Source of the DNA: Octopus sinensis
Lineage: Eukaryota
Reading direction: 5' to 3'
DNA length: 64,000 nt
Assembly (NCBI RefSeq): GCF_006345805.1
Contig: NC_043002.1
Coordinates: 64,666,001 to 64,730,000, forward strand
Part shown: positions 37,604-51,524 of the stretch, piece by piece
How positions within the stretch are numbered: the stretch's first letter is position 1
Layout: each line of letters opens with the position of its first letter
The notes under the pieces: model-generated
The model's database searches: none
Seen by the model: only the letters and a program-made list of their open reading frames with translations
Told to the model about the DNA's origin: nothing
Translations under genes and position numbers: made by a program

Positions 37604-39277
37604 CGTTTAGTGCCCCTGATGTCTTAGCGGCGATAAACGAAATAAAACACAATTCAGCAGTAGGCCCCGATAGGTTCCCTGCTTGTGTCCTGAAGGTGTG
37701 TCGACACCAACTTGCATCTCCCCTTGCTAATCTGTGGAGAAACTCACTGGATGCTGGCTATATTCCAAAAAACCTTCTGTCCCAGTCTGTTGTCCCAGTT
37801 TTCAAAAAGGGAAACAAGTCCCTTGCAGTGAATTACCGTCCGATCTCACTCACCTCTCATATCATCAAGGTATTTGAGAGGGTGGTGAGATCTCAAATAA
37901 CCCAATTTCTGGAAGAAACAGACGGCTGATCTCCAACCAACATGGGTTCCGTAATGGAGGGACTGCCTAACGCAGCTCCTGCATCACTTTGAGGACATTT
38001 TGAGAGCTTTGGGAGAGGGCTCCAACACCGATGTCATCTACCTTGATTTCAGTAAGGCCTTCGACAGGGTCGATCACAAGATCCTATTGAAAAAACTATC
38101 CAACATTGGTGTCTCTGGAAAGTTACTGAAATGGATTAAGTGTTTCCTGACAGACAGATCTCAACATGTTGTAGTTGAAGGGGTAAAATCAAGCCCAGCC
38201 AAAGTCAGTAGTGGCGTTCCGCAAGGCACTGTGCTGGGCCCACTTCTTTTCATCATTTACATTAATGACATTAATGACATCATCAAGCACAGCAACATAA
38301 AAATCTTTGCAGATGACTCCAAGCTACAGAAGGTCATAAATGAGGCGAGTGACCGGACATGCCTTCAGTCAGATCTACTGGCTGTTATCCAATGGGCAGA
38401 AAAAAACAATATGCTGCTGAACGAGGATAAATTTGAGCTAATCCACTTTGGAAAAGAGGATGCCCTGAAACTCCCATACTCCCTTCCTTCAGGTGAAACT
38501 CTCACGGCGTCCAACAACATCAGAGACTTGGGAGTAATTGTGGACAACAACGTAAGCTGGCCACTCATATAAACACCAAAGTTGACATGGCCCGCAGAAT
38601 GTGTTCCTGGATTCTCAGAACTTTCCAGTCGAGAGATATCCACACCATTATCCTTCTCTTCTCCACTTTTGCCCGACCCCACCTTGAATACTGTTGTCCA
38701 CTGTGGTCTCCCACACAATACAAGGTATCATAAAAGTCGAAGCACCTCAAAGGGCAATCACAAAAAAGATAGATGGCATGACAGGCCTCGACTATTGGGG
38801 TCGACTAGAAAAGCTAAAACTCTATTCTCTCCAACGTCGTCGTGAGCGCTACATCATCTGCATGATGTGGAAAATATTCCATCAGCATTGCCCAAATGAT
38901 GTTGGCATCACCTTTAAGGTACATCCAAGGCTTGGGCCCCGTGCCATCCGCCCAAAACAAAAATCGCACTCTCATCTCATAACAACAATACGGCACAATT
39001 ATTTCACCTCAATTGGCCCCGCTCTCTTTAACATTACACCAAAAACATATTAAAACAGAAACTGACCCTATAGGGTTCAAGAAGTCTTTGGACAGATTCC
39101 TTCAAGAAATCCCGGATAAACCCCCTACACCCGGATATGTCTCTGTAAACAATAACTCTCTACTTGAGTGGGCCATAGTGCCCAAATTCTGACTTGAAAG
39201 ACTTCACCAGGTGGTGCTATTAAGTTAGACATGGCCTGGGCCAATAATGGCCGAAACCTATCAAAGTATCAAAGTAA

Positions 39278-39280
<3 letters not shown>
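37604..39280 (+). mobile_element. 5'-truncated CR1/L2/Jockey-group LINE (RT to 3' end)
   Basis: NYRPISLTSHIIKVFER, NQHGFR, YLDFSKAFDRVDH, SGVPQGTVLGPLLF, FADDSK, RDLGVIVD, YSLQRRRERY. Short (ATCAAAGT)-type tail. Confidence 0.92.
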
Positions 39281-39337
<57 letters not shown>

Positions 39338-42300
39338 ATGCCAGCATGTATGTATTTTTATAAGTAGATGTGAGGAAAATGTTTGAATGAGTTATTAAAG
39401 GGAGAAGCTATTTAAAAAACACTGGAGGAGATTCAAGGGCTGAAAAAAATTTGTACCGTTTATTTACAATGAGAATGCTTTTTAATGAGGAAGTTTAAAA
39501 AGGAAACATAACATTCCCTTTTTAAATGTATCCGCGGAATACTAAATTGCGTACCTCACGTTTGAACAAGCACACGCATAATGAAGAACATGCACAATTA
39601 CCGCGCACACAATCCCTTACACATGCATGCGTGATATATTTATACCATCTTACGTATATAGTGTTATGTGTGTTATCTATTTATCAATATATGCGAGTGT
39701 GAATATGTAGGGTTTCATAGTTAGAGACAAGAATGTGTTACAGATTGTTGGCTATTCAACATGAAATTTATACTTTGAAAAGGAGTAGCTGTATTAATAA
39801 TGGTTGCAAAAAAATCCTTCTATAGCATTTGATATTTGCTTCTCTCTGAATGAAATTAATGAAAACAAAACATACTGGCGTATATTGATGGTTTTGAATA
39901 AATGGAAGAATATTGCAAAAATCAAATACGTTATATGATAAAATATATATTTCTCGGCAAATTAAATTTTTACACTGAGAAGAAAGATGTTATCAAGCAT
40001 GCTGCCATTGTTTTGCATCCCTTTCACTTAAAAGGTATCATCAACGAATTATAATCATTCTAAATATGTTTGAAATGTAGTCAAGTAAGGCCATCAGCTT
40101 AAAATATCGTACACAGTTAAGTCATATGTATTTACATGCGTTTATGCTTACATACAACAAAAGAAATAGTGAAGACCTTGCAGCCTCATGTGGCAACCGA
40201 AAACGTAGTTTATCTTACGTTTCTTTGGAAGACTTCACACACCAAATTAAAAGTCCGAAAATACCATCGCAATACTACTTTCCAATGCGAAACAAACTTT
40301 ACGTTAAAAACATATATAATGCCGTTTGGGAAAATACATACTGTCCCGGAATAATTATTGAGATCCTCTGCGAGTTTTTTTCTCTTTTTCTTTTTAATAA
40401 TTACTCAAATATTAACACATTCAATGTTGGTGGCACATTCTTCTCAAAATTTCTGTCAGTTGGAAAGAAAATAGGCTGGGAGCAGTTGTTTGAGTTAGGG
40501 AAGAAAATGTTCCATCTTCGAAAAAATGCAGACAAAGAAGGTAACTACAGAGAACTGTTTCGAATCCTCCTGCTTCTAAATCCAGTTTATGAATTCACAT
40601 TCATACCAATAATAACTGGTGCTCTTGCGTTTGTGATGAATGCCAAAATGACAGTCTGGATAAGATAGAGTTTGCAGAAATCGAATATTACACATAAAAT
40701 TTATAAGTGGAGCAGTAAATATATGCAAGAATTTTCTCAAGTTTTTAATCTGAATTTGCTGGGTTTTTTTAACCTACAATCCAACAATGGATCTTTGTAT
40801 CATTTTTAGAAACCACCTCCTTCTTTAGAAAGGGACTCGAGATAATGACACCAAGAAAGATGCGTGTGTGTGTGTATGTGCAAGTGTGAGTTTGTGTGTG
40901 CACCCGCTCTTTTGTGAGCATGTGTGTATATGTATCTGCATGAACGTAAGTAGGGATTCTGAATAAAATATTTGTGCACTGATTCGTAGAATAATTAATA
41001 TGTGTCCAGCTTCACACCACTTCCAAGAATATAACATTGTGACTTAGTTATAAAACCATATTATATCCACAATATTTGAGAGATGACACAAAATATAATT
41101 ATGTAACTTATCAGTAACAAGAAATAAAGCTCTCCCCGGCGGCTATTTGTCGATGTCAAGCCATAATCTTTTGGGAATATGCAGTGCTTTTCACCGATGC
41201 AAAATCTACTGTTCTTACCCTCTTCAAAATCATGTATTTACTCGTTTCTCGTTTATAAATCCTCTTAGCGATCGAACGGATATTAAGAAAGGCATACAGT
41301 TAGCTATTAAGGAAGGTCATACAGTTAGCCTCGTCCGACATCTTCGAAGGCAATGACTGCTTTAGAATAAGAGTAAAAGAGAATACGTCTTCTGTGATTA
41401 TGAAGATTAATTTATGTAATCGAATTGAAAATAGTTGTGGAAACTCAATTTCTTTTGTTTTTTAACAGGAATATGTATTGAATTGCGAGTTAATGCATTT
41501 GTTTTATCTATTTTAATGTTGTATTTGTCATACTCTGTGAACCGATAAATTGTTTGTTTCGAATTTTTACAACCCTTCCACATTCGGTTCGTTTTTGTCT
41601 GACGATCTTTAAGTAATTGCATTGATGCAGATATCTATTAGAAGGCAGAGGAATTACATTATACTAATGATTGCATCAGTTGAACTATATTCGATTTGTT
41701 ATAAAATATCTGATCGAGTACAGAGTAACCGGAAATGATAACGTCTCTGATTTATTTTCTGTGTATTTTTTCTTTAAATCTATTGTTTTATCAAGCATTT
41801 TGGGAGGCTGTTGCTGCTAATCATTGATCTCGTGTAACTGAAATCAAATCTATCTTTTTTTAGAATTATTTTTGGCAATCAAATTAGTGCCTCGATACCA
41901 TTGTTGGCTTCAACACTTATCGTTTTTGTTTCTCTCTCTCTCTCTCTCTCTGTTCTTACGCTATGTTGACCAAGTTCAGATTCCTGACGTTTGACTTCCT
42001 TGTTTACTATCTACTTTCTTTCAAAGTTATTCCCATTCGACTTTCATCTTTCAAGAGTTTTATACGCAGTCACTTTCTTCTGCCTATATCCATTTTCTTA
42101 GTTTTATCAGTTCGTAATTTATACATTATTTTTTCCATGCTATGAATATATTTGCTTTCGTTTGAACTTATATGCCTCGTTGTTTTACTTAAATTTCTTC
42201 ATACCCTTTTCTTCCTTACTATAAATGTTTAAAACTAGTGTAATCTCTGGAGAGAGGAACTGGGATATTATCCGAAAGCTATTTTCCTGTGTTTCAACTA

Positions 42301-43189
42301 TGTGGATAATATATTTTTCGTGTTTTCTTGGGTAGAAAATAAGAATATGGGCATGGTAAATTGTTTTATTATCTACAATATACACTCCGTGGAATATATG
42401 TCATTAGATCGTGACTGTACAGAGCAGTTTTACTGAAATATGCAATGGATTTAGAGAGATGCGTTTTGAGCATCCAGCAATCTACGATTAATTTCCCCAA
42501 CTGAACTTGAAGTAGAACTTGTTTGGAATTTTGTTTTTGACATGACGAGTAGGAAAATTTCACGGACAGGCGAAATCTAAATTTTTCAGAGGTGACTTTC
42601 GAAAGCCAAATTTTCGTAAGTACTTTGATGTTTTAGTTTACATTATATTTATATTTAGGCCCATATTTTCCCCTCGCAGTGTGACCTTATTTCAGAACCT
42701 TCCTTATTCACAATATCGGAATTTGTGAAAAGCGGGTACACTTGATACTGCAGGTTTGATGCTTGGAATTTATCGCATGATTTCAAGAATGATATTATAC
42801 TTTGTTAAAACTGGATTTGAAGGCGACTATGTGTCCGGCCAGTTTTAATTAATGTAGAAAATTCAGATTTAACAGCCAGCATTTTTATATTATATTATTG
42901 ATTTAAATTATGTCGTTTATTCGTATTTTATATTACTTTTTTTCTAGGGTAACGAGAGAATGTGTTGCACAGAGTGATATGATATCCCCATGAGAATTTT
43001 CGGAAGAAAATATTTGAAAATACAGATTAAAAATTGAAGAGAAACACAAAAGTATGGTATTAAATGAGAAGCAATTGTTAAAAGTTTGTAAAAAAAAATA
43101 TATAAAGTAATACTGAAATTTCAAAAGTGTACAATTTTTCCAATTGTAATACAGTGTGATATTTAATACACATTCACAATTTTAATTTG

Positions 43190-43400
43190 CGTGTTCACAC
43201 TTAAAAGAAAACATCAAACAGTAGACGAAATATTAAGACAGAAACCAATAACGGCAGTCTTTTGGTATTGCGACTCAGCAATAACGGTTCATCATGAACT
43301 ATTGTCAACAATTGTAAAAAAGAATAAAAATTTAAAAAAAAATCGGGGAGAGGTCTATCACAAAACACTGAGCAACATTACAATAGATGTTAATCTAAAA
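43190..43400 (+). pseudogene. Possible very decayed mariner transposase fragment
   Basis: KPITAVFW...HHELL...VYHKTL weakly recalls mariner K.M.TVFWD...ELL...Y...L. Confidence 0.25.
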
Positions 43401-44059
43401 AGCATTTTTTCGTTTCTAAGACTGAAGTGGAATTCATATGCATTACAAGTGTTGACTCGAAAAAACCAACTTGTGCGTGGTATGGTTTTCACACAATTGA
43501 CATGGATTTAAAGGCTAGAATGTTGAAATCTGGGACGAGGTGATGAAATAGGTGCATAATTATCCACAATACATACTTCACAGACTGGATCCACCGTACA
43601 TTGGGATTTGGAACTCATGGGTTACAGACAATGGCTTTGATGTGGATTGATTGAAATTGTTTCTTCAGCAATTTTACGACACCAAGTGGCACAGGTATAA
43701 TTGGGCAGCTGCATACTATTGACTCAAGAGAATTACATGACTTAGATTTATAATGCTCATCGATAGATAATACTGTCTGGGAACTCACACCTCTGTGTTG
43801 TACGCAACTGCTGAAGATCTGATTCTTTCTTCGTTCTTCTTTCCGATCAGGAAAACAACAAATAACACTCCGCCGATTTACCTGAAGCGAGAAGCGATTC
43901 TACTAACTCAGAGCAGACAATGTATGGACTGTCTATGTTGAAGGTGTGGCTGGTGGATGAGCGGAAAAAATATACTAATTAGCAGACTTCGTTTTCATCG
44001 AGAGAAAATATATTTCTAAAATACATTATTTGTTCAAGCTAAAACAAAATTTGTAGAGA

Positions 44060-45530
44060 TATAAGCAGAGATCCTCCTCCCAAATACAACCGACAAATCT
44101 TTTACTGGAATGTTCAGGAAATGTTCTTTGGTTCCAATTTATTAGCATTAGTTGATCCAAGATGACCAGAAATTTATATAATTCTGAAAGTTTCTCTAGC
44201 TCTTTTAGAGAAACATTGTCATCTGTTGGTATTGATACGTCGATTTAAAAACATTTCTTCGTGATGACCTCTGACATCCGGCCTATTGACCTTAATTTCC
44301 CTGTCTATGTGCATTAGCATATCCCAAAGTATGTTTGCTTTCACATTTTTTGTGACCTTTTCTGGTGGGTGCCTATACCTTCTTTTTTATGTTGTTATTC
44401 CATAATGTTGGTGTAGCTTCCAGAGTATATAGGTCCCGACTCTGTCATGTCTGTGAATATATTCCTTCTTAGCCAGTACTGGGAACCCAGAGGAAATATG
44501 ATTTATTGTTACTGCACCATCTCTACATATTCTGCCGTTGCGTTTCTTTTCATTATATGCTTTGGTAATTTCTGGCGGGAAGGTTTTGGTCTTGTGCTGC
44601 ACTTAAAAATCATTCAGTCTCTGCTTTCAGTCCTGAGCTTCTCAGCCATTGTTGGTATTTTGCCTTGTCTATGTTTTCTGTTAAATGTAACCTGGCATGT
44701 GCCATGAAGGGACTCTTCTTGCCAGCGTTTTATCATTAACCGTTGCTGTTGCAGTTTTAGTTTGGATTTCAGTTGCTTTACAACTTTTGTTGTTTCTTCG
44801 TTTTCTTCATGATTGTTAAGTACAATGACTTGTTGTTTGTATTCGTCAGTTTCCTTAAAGACAGAAAACAGTTTTTTTGTATTGGTCGTATTTTGTGGTT
44901 ATTTCTATTAGTTTTCCTTTCTTCTGAAGTAGGTATTTCAGTAGTCCTATGGTGGTTAATTTGTAATAGTTTTCCAGCTGTATAAGGCCTCTATCACATT
45001 TGATACGTTTTATAATATAACATTTCTATGTCAGATTTTGTGTGATGCATCCTAAAACCTGTCATCATTTGTCGTGTTTTCCTGTCTATTTTGATTAGTT
45101 AATTTAGAGTCCAGTTAAGAACATTGTAGCTGTAACTTATAACTGAGACTGCTAGAATGTTGAAGCATATTAATTTATTTTTCACATTGAGCTTTGTTTC
45201 CTGTATTAATCTAACACATATATAATATTCTTTTCTTGTCCTCTCGTTCATTTGTGTGTGTTGTATCATATTTAGTTCATTGATTCCGAAGAATTTGTAT
45301 GTCTGGTTTTGGTCTAATTCACTTATTTCATTTGCTTTATCTAGTATGATGAGTCTATTCCTAACGAGATTTCCGCTTTTCAAAGTTGCTTTGTCACATT
45401 TTTCTAAGCCACATTTCATATTTCTTTGGTAAATCCATGTACAGTCTGCAGTAAGGTTTCCAGGTGTTCATCATTTGTAGAGTACAGTTTTAGATCATCC
45501 AAATGTAACAGATGGCTGTTTGCTTTCCCG

Positions 45531-45531
<1 letters not shown>
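44060..45531 (-). mobile_element. 5'-truncated R4/Dong element (RT C-terminal half, zinc knuckle, RLE)
   Basis: HLDDLKLYS...MKCGLEKC, RICRDGAVTINHISSG..VLAKKEYIHRHDRVG, ILWD, NRPD. The 5' junction is at the (ATT)n starting 45532. Confidence 0.88.
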
Positions 45532-45613
<82 letters not shown>

Positions 45614-45691
45614 TTATTACTATTATTATTATTAATATTATTGTTGTTATTATTATTATTATTATTTTATCATTATTATTATTATTATTAC

Positions 45692-45762
<71 letters not shown>

Positions 45763-45767
<5 letters not shown>

Positions 45768-46066
45768 TAGTTATATTTTTATATCTTGCTTTCACTTCAC
45801 TACCGAGAGCAGCTCTGTGTACCTTGGGTATGGGCTGTGGTTTATTGTGATGCTCTTATGGTTACTGTATTGAAAGTGTTTTGCGTAGGATGTGTGCAGT
45901 GCCCATTAGTGCAATTTTCTGTATGTGATATATATATTTTTAATTCCTGGGGTTTTTGCTATGTATTTGTATGAATATCTTTTATCATACCTAATGCGCC
46001 TACTATGCTAGAAATTGTTTCAGTTTTTAGATTCCACATTCGAGTTACCTCTATTTCCAGGTCTTT
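45763..46066 (-). mobile_element. R4/Dong 3' end, subfamily 1
   Basis: KDLEIEVTRMWNLKTETI..IVGALGMIK; flanked by (ATT)n on both sides. Confidence 0.85.
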
Positions 46067-46091
46067 ATTATTAGTATTATAATCAACATTA

Positions 46092-46176
<85 letters not shown>

Positions 46177-46177
46177 T

Positions 46178-46616
46178 ATAGTTTTGCACAGCTTCTAACT
46201 CTGGAGATGTACTACGGTATCAGCTGTTCAATACCAGTGAACTAAGGTAACATCCCTTAATTTTCGAGCACCATCCTATGTATTCGAGCGGTTCCAAGCA
46301 GTGCTGTTTTCTGCCAGTGCTCCACACTTATTGCAGCTCCTATTTGTTCCATGTACTTCTCATTTGTTTTTACTCACTGTTCCCAGGACTCCGACAATTA
46401 TTGGTACTAATACCATCTTTCTCATCGGCATCAACTGCTTAACCTACTAAGCTAACCCGTCATATCTATCGACTTTTCTTTCTTCATTATCGCATACCTT
46501 GATATCAGTTAGACTTGTTATAGCTATGATTCAACATCGTTTGCTTTCTTTTTCAATACAATGTCTGGCACCCTATTCTCTATCTCTTGGTCGCACTGCA
46601 TCATAAAATCCCAATG
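46178..46616 (-). mobile_element. R4/Dong 3' end, subfamily 2
   Basis: VPIIVGVLGTV...EQIGAAISVEHWQKTALLGTARI; flanked by (ATT)n. Confidence 0.8.
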
Positions 46617-46626
46617 ATTATTATTG

Positions 46627-46689
<63 letters not shown>

Positions 46690-46692
46690 TAC

Positions 46693-46725
<33 letters not shown>

Positions 46726-46759
46726 CATCATCATCATTATTATTATCATTATTATCATT

Positions 46760-46921
46760 GCCTTTGCACTGCTTCTAATGCTGGAGATATACGTCAGTGT
46801 CAGCTGTTTTACTACCATTGAAGTAAGGTAAGTCCTCTTATTTTTCGAGCACCTTCCGGAGTATCGGAGCGATTCCAAACAGTGCTGTTTTCTGCAAGTG
46901 CTCCACTCCTATGGCAGCCCC
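46760..46921 (-). mobile_element. R4/Dong 3' end, subfamily 2 (short)
   Basis: GAAIGVEHLQKTALFGIAPILRKVLEK*; 3'UTR homologous to 46178-46260. Confidence 0.8.
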
Positions 46922-46933
46922 TTTTATTATTAT

Positions 46934-47201
46934 TCTATGTTTGACTTTTGCTTTACATTTGTACAAGCCTCTCCCAGAGAACTCAAGAGACAACAAGCTG
47001 GAAGTTATGCCTAGGGTGCCATATATTTGGTTTTGTACATACTTTTGTTGTAGCGAATGTTTAAGAAACCACAAGAAAATAATGTGTTTGTTTTAAAACT
47101 TGAGATTACATAGAAAGTATTTTGCGTTGGACATGGGCAGTTCTCACGAGCACTATCTTTTGAATTTCTGCCATTTTGGGGATTCCTGGTGTCTGTGCTA
47201 C
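46934..47201 (-). mobile_element. R4/Dong 3' end, subfamily 3
   Basis: Homologous to 62322-62600 (PKMAEIQK); flanked by ATT repeats. Confidence 0.8.
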
Positions 47202-47213
47202 TTATTATTTTCC

Positions 47214-47268
<55 letters not shown>

Positions 47269-47968
47269 TATTATTGGTGTTGTTGTTATTGTTGTTGTTG
47301 TTTTTGTTGTTGCTGTAGTTGTTTATGTTGTTGTTGTTGTTGTTATAATTATTTCAACAGGCTGTATCGGAAGCACACCGGGACAAATATTTAGAGGCAT
47401 ATCGTCCGCCTTTATCTCTTGAGTTCAGATCACTTCCAAAGGTACACTCACATTTTTACCCTTCGTGAATCAACAAAATGAAGTAGGACTCAAGTAATAC
47501 GGCTTAATTGAATTAGCCTGGCCATTAAAATTTCTAGGTTCTCAGCTAATATCTTAAAAGATATTATTAGTTTTAATATTATAAATTTTATGAATACTCT
47601 GATGTCAAAAGCTTCTTTCTTCACTTAACTTTGGAGTTGACAATGTTTTCACATTTTTTCTTTGTTTTTCGCTTTTTAAATAAGATTCAAATTTATTCTT
47701 TTGAGGTCGAAATAAATGAAATTGATCTATTCCGCATATAATTAGTAACACCGATATTAATATTGCTGTTGAAATTGTCTTTGATATAATGTGTGCAGAA
47801 TTTCGGCTTCTCTCTCTTGCTCACATCCTCTCCCTCTCTCTCTTTCTCTCTCTCACTCTCCCTATCTTTCTCTCTCTTTCTTTTTGTCTTTTCATCCTTT
47901 ACTGACATTATTTCTCAGTGTCGCTCTTCTTTTCCCCTTGCATTTCATTATATATTATTATCATGCTC

Positions 47969-48024
<56 letters not shown>

Positions 48025-48028
48025 CATT

Positions 48029-48066
<38 letters not shown>

Positions 48067-48666
48067 TATTATTGTTATTATTATTATTATTATTATTATT
48101 AATATTATTATTATTATTATTATTATTATCATTATTATTATTATTGTTATTATCATTATTATTATTATTATTATTATTGTAATAATTATTATTATTATCG
48201 TCATGATCGTCGTCGTTGTGATCATCTCCATCATCATCATCATCATCTTCGATGTTTTTTTTCCTTTTGATATTAGCGTTTGCATTCTTGGTGTGAATAT
48301 GTTTAGATTCGACTATTATTTTTACTATCTGCACATTACTATGCATATATATGCATATATGTAATTGTGTGTATATGTGTGCACGTGTAATTGTGCATGT
48401 ATATATATACGTATATGTGTGTGTGCGTGTATGTGTGTGTGTGCATGCATAGACATTTGTATGCATATTCATGCACGCTTGTATGTAAGTATATCTATAT
48501 ATATGTGTGTGTGTATGAATGTGCGTGTGTGTGTTTGTGTGTATGTATCTATGGATGTATGCATATGATATACATGAATGTATATGTTTATGGGCATAGG
48601 ACATTAATTCCGAAGCTGGTCAGTATAATTAAATTAACGTTGTTGTTAGTGCCAAAATCGTCAACC

Positions 48667-48724
<58 letters not shown>

Positions 48725-49362
48725 CATCATCATCATTATTAGTAGTAGTAGTAATAGTAGTATAATTATTATTAGTAGCAGTATTAGTATTAGTATTAGT
48801 ATTCTTAGCATTATTGCTGTCCCTACCACTACAATTCATATAATTATATGATCATAACTTCAAAGTCATCATCATCTCCATCATGAACATTATTATCATC
48901 ACTTCCTCTTTGTGAAAATATTCAATTTCATCACCATCATCATCATCATGATCATCATCATCATTATCATCAACAACAGCATCGTCATCATCATCGCCGT
49001 CGTCGTCAACATCATCATCATCATTATCGTTATCTTTTTTATATTTATAATTATCGTTATCAATGTTGTTTGATAGGAATTTTCTAAAATATTCCCAAAG
49101 TAACATCGAGAAATTAAATGTATTAATATGAGATTTTATACTCACTCAACTGCCTTATGTTCACTGAACGCTTGCGCGTAAATTTCTCCGATTATCTTCA
49201 TAGAATTTAATGTACTCCTGGCTTGAAATACGTAGAGATATCTTGGCACTGACACGACCATACATACCCTTAAATGTAAAGGTTAACACCAATAAACTTC
49301 ATGCTTCAGCAGGGTCCGTTTAAATATATTATATGCGTGTGTGTGTTTGTGTGTGTGTGTGT

Positions 49363-49417
<55 letters not shown>

Positions 49418-49494
49418 TGTGTCTGTGTGTGTCTGTGCGTACTCATGTATTTGCATATCAAACTAAATATTTAACCAATTATGCAGATAACGGT

Positions 49495-49647
49495 TTGGGT
49501 AAAGTAGCTTGCTTACCACCTACATGGTTCCGGGGTTCAGTCACACTGCGTGGCATTTTGGACAATTGTCTTCTACTATAGATAGCCTCGGGCGGACCAA
49601 AGCCTTATGAGTGGATTTGGCAGAGGGAAACTGAAAGAAGCCCGTCG

Positions 49648-49680
<33 letters not shown>

Positions 49681-49910
49681 ATGTTTGTGCGTGTGTGTGT
49701 GTGTGTGTGTTTGTGTGTGTCTATTTTTGTCCCCCAAACTTCGCTTGACAACCGATGCTGGGGTGTTAACTTAGCTGTTCGGCAAAAGAGACCGATAGAA
49801 TAAGTAGTAGGCTTACAAAGATTAAGTCCTGGGGTCGATTTGCTTGACTAAAGACGGTGCCCCAGCATGGCTGCATTCAAACGACTGAAACATGTAAAAT
49901 AATAAAAGAG
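49495..49910 (+). mobile_element. SINE family B with internal (TA)/(TG) tract
   Basis: Same head, CORE-like block and tail as 29297-29703. Confidence 0.85.
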
Positions 49911-50129
49911 TGTATATGCATTTACGTAAAACGAGAACAAAGAAAGAGTGAAGATTTTAAGACGATGAATACATAGGTATTTATATTGTCAGACATAGCG
50001 TATACAGATTACAGACGAAACTAAAGGTGGAAACGTAATGTGTTAGAAGTCCAAAAGCTGTTACTGGAAGATCGGAGATGCATCATAATATTGATAGATG
50101 TAATTCATCACAATACACACGCCGTAATA

Positions 50130-50340
50130 AGGAGGTGATCTCGTAGAAACTTTAGCACGCCAGGTAAAACGCTTAGCGGTATTTCGTCTGTCTCCTGAGT
50201 TCAAATTCTGCCGAGGTCGACTTTGCTTTTCATCCTTTCGGGCTCGATAAATTATGTACCAGTTGCGTACTGGGCTCTGTCTGATCCACTGGCATCCTCC
50301 CCAAAATTCTGGGCCTTGTGCATAGAGTAGAATCGAATAT
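50130..50340 (+). mobile_element. Family-A SINE with 13-bp TSD
   Basis: TSD ACACGCCGTAATA at 50117-50129 and 50341-50353. Confidence 0.88.
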
Positions 50341-50880
50341 ACACGCCGTAATATAAGCAATCAACATAAAATAAAAAGTTCCTCCATCATCAGCGTAGAA
50401 ACGTCTCTGGTTTATGACCTGAAATATTATGATGAACCACATCTACCAAGCCTCTGAACCACCAGAAACAGGTGTTGGACTTATAACACCTTTCTTTCTC
50501 ACCTTCAATTTTCTCTGTCGTCTGTACTCTGAGTAAATCGTATCTATTAATATAAATATCCAAATATTTATACACACATTTTCATCGTCTCAAAACCTCC
50601 ACAATTTGCTGTCACTCTTTATGCATGTATACATATATGCATATTTTGTATTTCGTACTCAAACTCTTATTTATAATATATCTAATTTGTTTATCCCCAT
50701 AATTTCCTCCATATTTGCTGAACTTCATCCCTCTTACAAATTTCTTGATCCATTCTTTACTCAGCGGAATTGATGTAAAAACACTGGAATCGAAGTTCGA
50801 ATTACTCGAACGCCAGTAAGTGTCGTCTATACTGAGAAACTTATTATATATATATATATATATATATATAGATATTTATC

Positions 50881-50962
<82 letters not shown>

Positions 50963-51524
50963 ATGCAATTTGGTATAAGATAAAAATTTCACATATTTTT
51001 GTTAAACATTCAGACAAGCACATTTATAATTCAGATGTATGACGTGAGATATTATTCCATTAACAAAACCCACATATTTATATTAAGAGGTAGATTATAA
51101 AAATATAGAAATACATAGAAATACAGCCCCTTAAAAATTTTCGGAAACGGCGTAGGTTCGGACTGATCCTTTTAATCGCCACCTTTAGTCTATTCTAATT
51201 ATATTTTCTCCCTCTACCCCCACCGTCAGCCTAATCCCCATACACCACCCCTACCCCCACCTTCAACCTAATCAACACCCCATCCTTGCTTTCCCCAATC
51301 CTGCCGCCCACACATCCTAACACCACCGATCCACACCACACACGATCACACCATACAGCACCATACCACACAACACCACACCACACCACATTACACCACC
51401 ACGCACACACTAGCACTAACCACTTCCCAGCCCCACATTATCATCCAAACACCTACACATACACACACGTACACTTCAATCTCACCCTTATTAAAACCCT
51501 TATTTTCGTTCTAAATATAGATCT

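Noticed and set aside
43520-43830. DPPY-containing methyltransferase-like frame
   Set aside because: The frame has five stops in about 110 codons, as expected by chance here, and no other methyltransferase motifs.
51230-51300. Interstitial telomeric repeat
   Set aside because: Only isolated CCTAATC words; no (CCCTAA)n array.
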